Positions 63,401 to 64,000 of a DNA stretch of 64,000 nucleotides are shown piece by piece (within the stretch, counting starts at the first letter, position 1; every line of letters begins with the position of its first letter). The notes under the pieces were generated by a model, which had not been told where the DNA came from, did not search any database, and saw nothing but the letters and a program-made list of their open reading frames with translations. The position numbers were made by a program, and so were the translations under genes. The DNA comes from Yuukianura sp. NJ FZ-2021 (Eukaryota): assembly GCA_046563655.1 (NCBI GenBank), contig CM102285.1:13020001-13084000 (forward strand), written 5' to 3'.

Positions 63401-64000
63401 AAAAGTTGTAACCAAAGTCAAAAAGGTACGCCGAGAAGGAGATACTACAAAGCAAATTGAGTTGGAGGTAACTACTGAAGGTCAAACAAGAAGGCTTTCT
63501 GTTGTCGAAGATTCCGAAATTTCTGTTCCAACTCCATCTGGTGAGAAATTAAAATTGAAAGTACGGAAGCCTAAACCAGATGAAAGTGAAGATCAAGTTG
63601 ACATGGAACAATCAGTCAACGAGCAAGTATTTGTTACTACTGCTATTTCTCCTGGAGAGCTTATTGAATTCACTCCTCAGGGCTTAAAGACTGTCAAGAA
63701 ACGACCCAAGAAACCAACTGTTCCAGAAATCAAAACAGAAGAAATTCCAGAAATTATTCCGGTGATTACAGAAGTTACACAAGAGTCTGAACTAGTCACC
63801 TTTACTCCTCAAGGCCGAAAGGTTGTCACAAAAGTCAAAAAGATTCGACGAGAAGGTGTCAAAGACCAGGATGTAGAACTTGAAGTCACAACCGAAGGTC
63901 AAACACGTAAACTTTCAATTACTGAGGGCTCAGAAATTACATTACCTACGCCTTCTGGAGAAAAATTGAAAGTCAAAGTCAAGAAACCAAAACCTGGACA
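30465..64000 (+). CDS. sls: Sallimus/kettin/titin-family giant muscle protein, 5' portion (continues past window end)
   Basis: Exons 30465-30546, 31064-31397 (poly-Q), 31577-31707, 31799-32859, 33028-33640, 34218-43760, 43826-43930, 44029-44327, 44393-44579, 44812-44993, 47088-47441, 47594-47905, 48518-48733, 48899-49202, 49358-49546, 49665-49825, 50831-50960 and 51747->64000, with consistent phases. Ig1 PPIFTQIFRNTRFASG, kettin-type Ig repeats (HFEARLEP..DP.L.VEW.KDG....DFGYVSLDI...EDSG.Y.C.A.N..G), RYKLTYDGMYHLDIPKTR and post-kettin QKERQGDLLLTRKIKSTETTETE all resemble Drosophila Sls. A frame break occurs near 52394-52411. Confidence 0.93.
34218..43760 (+). CDS. sls: Giant 9543-nt exon of sls: 24 complete kettin-type I-set Ig domains plus the start of a 25th, with linkers
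   Basis: Continuous ORF (track 34202-43768) with acceptor TTTACAG ending at 34217 and donor GTACGT at 43761. Ig starts (PPRF/APVF/KPRF-type) were counted by eye. Confidence 0.95.
51346..51445. other. Assembly gap (100 N, probably of unknown true size) within an sls intron
   Basis: Run of exactly 100 N. Confidence 0.99.
52401..64000 (+). repeat. sls: Coding tandem repeat: 840-bp unit (280 aa, two ~140-aa modules A and B), 13 full copies plus 680 nt, open at the window end; one diverged B-type module precedes it at ~51985-52400
   Basis: Units start at 52401+840n. The frame beginning GTC AAA GTT GAG has no stop to 64000 (absent from the ORF track, presumably because it runs off the window end). 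Copy-to-copy differences are almost all synonymous. Confidence 0.95.

Noticed and set aside
52401..64000. Tandem array as CRISPR, satellite DNA or rDNA
   Set aside because: No unique spacers and a eukaryotic context. The unit is a multiple of 3, one frame is fully open and variants are synonymous, so it is a coding repeat.

Overview
AT-rich, intron-containing eukaryotic DNA from an invertebrate, probably an arthropod (the species cannot be determined from sequence alone). I could build phase-consistent GT-AG gene models by hand for five protein-coding genes. These are OSER1-like (minus, 278-928), a metadherin/LYRIC-like single-pass membrane protein (plus, 2394-3712), rhophilin (plus, 12 exons, 5403-11642), a spalt/SALL zinc-finger factor (minus, 10 coding exons, 12201-19909), and the 5' part of a giant sallimus/kettin/titin-family muscle gene (plus, 30465 to beyond 64000). 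The titin-family gene has a 9.5-kb Ig-array exon. After a 100-N gap it also has a >12-kb exon made of a near-perfect 840-bp tandem repeat encoding two alternating ~140-aa modules. These modules are neither Ig nor Fn3 and not classical PEVK, and they look like an unrecognised beta-rich domain. A frame break sits at the start of the array. Other features include a 648-bp hAT-type MITE with perfect TIRs and an 8-bp TSD, a composite repeat in a rhophilin intron, a minisatellite, and candidate regulatory elements (TATA/Inr, FOXO sites and uORFs at OSER1; MEF2 sites at sls). All gene names come from remembered motifs; no database search was run.
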